Shown here: positions 62,902-64,000 of the stretch, piece after piece
How positions within the stretch are numbered: the stretch's first letter is position 1
Layout of the letters: the number at the start of each line of letters is the position of its first letter
Source: Acidimicrobiia bacterium
Lineage (GTDB): Bacteria > Actinomycetota > Acidimicrobiia > Spongiisociales > JAHEDJ01
Length of the DNA stretch: 64,000 bases
Direction: 5' to 3'
Assembly: GCA_035471805.1 (NCBI GenBank)
Contig: DATIPS010000050.1
Coordinates: 9,244-73,243 of the forward strand
Translations under genes and position numbers: made by a program
The notes under the pieces: model-generated
Databases searched by the model: none
The model's input: only the letters and a program-made list of their open reading frames with translations
Told to the model about the DNA's origin: nothing

Positions 62902-63735
62902 TCAGTTCGTCAGATAGGCAACACCGACGGTGCCGGGTCCGGTGTGGGTCCCGACCACAGCTCCAAGCGTCGTCACGATCACCTCATGATCCACGTGGCG
63001 CTGAATCCGTTCAACCACCAGGTCGACGTCCGGTGCGGCACCGTGGAAGACGGCGGTTGCCCGGATGCGCGGCCCGAGGGCCGCAAAGCGTTCTTCAAGT
63101 GCGGCCACGGCCCTGGACCGGGTTCTCACCCGGCCAAGCGGAGAAACGATTCCCTCGTCCAAACCGATCAGGGGCTTGATGTTGAGGAGCCCGCCGAAGA
63201 AGGCTTGTGCGCTTCCGATACGACCACCTCGTTTCAAGTATTCGAGGGTGTCGAGTGCGGCGACGATGTCGGTCGATGCGAGCGTGTCCGTGGCGTGCTG
63301 CACCACGGCATCGATCGACGGTCCTCCGGCAGCGAACCGGGCCGTGTCGAGGACGGGCAGACCCAGCCCCATGCCGACGGTCCGCGAGTCGATGATCTTG
63401 ATCGGTACGTCTCCCGAGAGGCGCTCGGCTGCGATAACCGCCGACTGATAGGTTCCGCTCAAGGCAGAGGAAATGGTCATGACGACGATCCCTGAGGCAC
63501 CACCGTCGATCAGGGCGCGATAGCTCTCCTCGAACAGGCCGGCACTCGGAGCCGCCGTTTCCGGCAGGCGGTCCACCGCTACCAGGCGCTCCCAGAATGC
63601 AGCAGCGGACAAATCGCGGTGATCGACGAACTCCTCGTCCCCGAACCTGATGGTGAGCGGCACGATCGTGACCCCGTGTTCGGCGGCCAGCGCGGCCGGC
63701 ACGTCGCTCGATGAGTCTGTGACTATTCGGATCAT
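62902..63735 (-). CDS. DegV-family fatty-acid-binding protein.
   Basis: MIRIVTDSSSDVP...GVTIVPLTIRFGDEEF...SSALSGTYQSA... DegV motifs. Confidence 0.85.
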   Translation of the reverse strand: MIRIVTDSSSDVPAALAAEHGVTIVPLTIRFGDEEFVDHRDLSAAAFWERLVAVDRLPETAAPSAGLFEESYRALIDGGASGIVVMTISSALSGTYQSAVIAAERLSGDVPIKIIDSRTVGMGLGLPVLDTARFAAGGPSIDAVVQHATDTLASTDIVAALDTLEYLKRGGRIGSAQAFFGGLLNIKPLIGLDEGIVSPLGRVRTRSRAVAALEERFAALGPRIRATAVFHGAAPDVDLVVERIQRHVDHEVIVTTLGAVVGTHTGPGTVGVAYLTN

Positions 63736-64000
63736 GGTTCCCTTTGTGGTTGGAGACACCAGATTACGAGGCCTGCCGCGACGCGGGTGAATCCCTCCTC
63801 TTCGTAGAGCCGCCCGGCGGGAACGTTGTCCGGTTGCGTGTTGAGGAGCATGGTGCGGCATCCGCGGCTGCGTGCCCAACCCAGCGACGCCCTGACCAGG
63901 GCCCGTCCGAACCCTTGCCGGACGCGGGCCGGATCCACCGCCACCCTCTGTAGATACCCGGTCGATCCGCCCGCTCCGACTATCGCGAAACCGGTGGTGG
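63732..64000 (-). CDS. GNAT-family N-acetyltransferase; the 5' end lies beyond the window.
   Basis: ...LQRVAVDPARVRQGFGRALVRASLGWARSRGCRTMLLNTQPDNVPAGRLYEEEGF is the GNAT motif A/B region. Confidence 0.7.
   Translation of the reverse strand, partial: TTGFAIVGAGGSTGYLQRVAVDPARVRQGFGRALVRASLGWARSRGCRTMLLNTQPDNVPAGRLYEEEGFTRVAAGLVIWCLQPQREP

Overview
High-GC (about 67-68%) chromosome segment with actinobacterial gene content. It spans the replication-origin neighbourhood in a Mycobacterium-like order: sigM-rsmA-trxB-trxA-cwlM / parB-parA-rsmG-jag-yidC-yidD-rnpA-rpmH / dnaA-dnaN-recF-dciA-gyrB-gyrA-Rv0007-like, then tRNA-Ile/Ala, crgA, trpG, pknB-pbpA-rodA-pstP-fhaB-fhaA and tRNA-Leu. The left 11 kb carries a respiratory nitrate reductase locus: narK1-narK2 divergent from an Rrf2 (NsrR-like) regulator, a di-haem cytochrome c, narG and narH, with narH running off the window edge. 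Between the two blocks lie a 1678-aa SARP-pseudokinase-STAND NTPase-TM-WD40 protein, a MacB-type ABC transporter, a cluster of all four tRNA-Ser isoacceptors with arcA, tadA, tRNA-Arg(ACG) and serS, and a long Bacillus-type SRP RNA. RNA genes and sites found by eye: 9 tRNAs, an SRP RNA, two tandem parS sites, DnaA-box clusters on both sides of dnaA, and a 47-nt stem-loop present in three copies in intergenic DNA. No CRISPR array, IS element or prophage was seen. Many long ORFs in the supplied track are antisense or alternative-frame artefacts of the high GC content and were not called.
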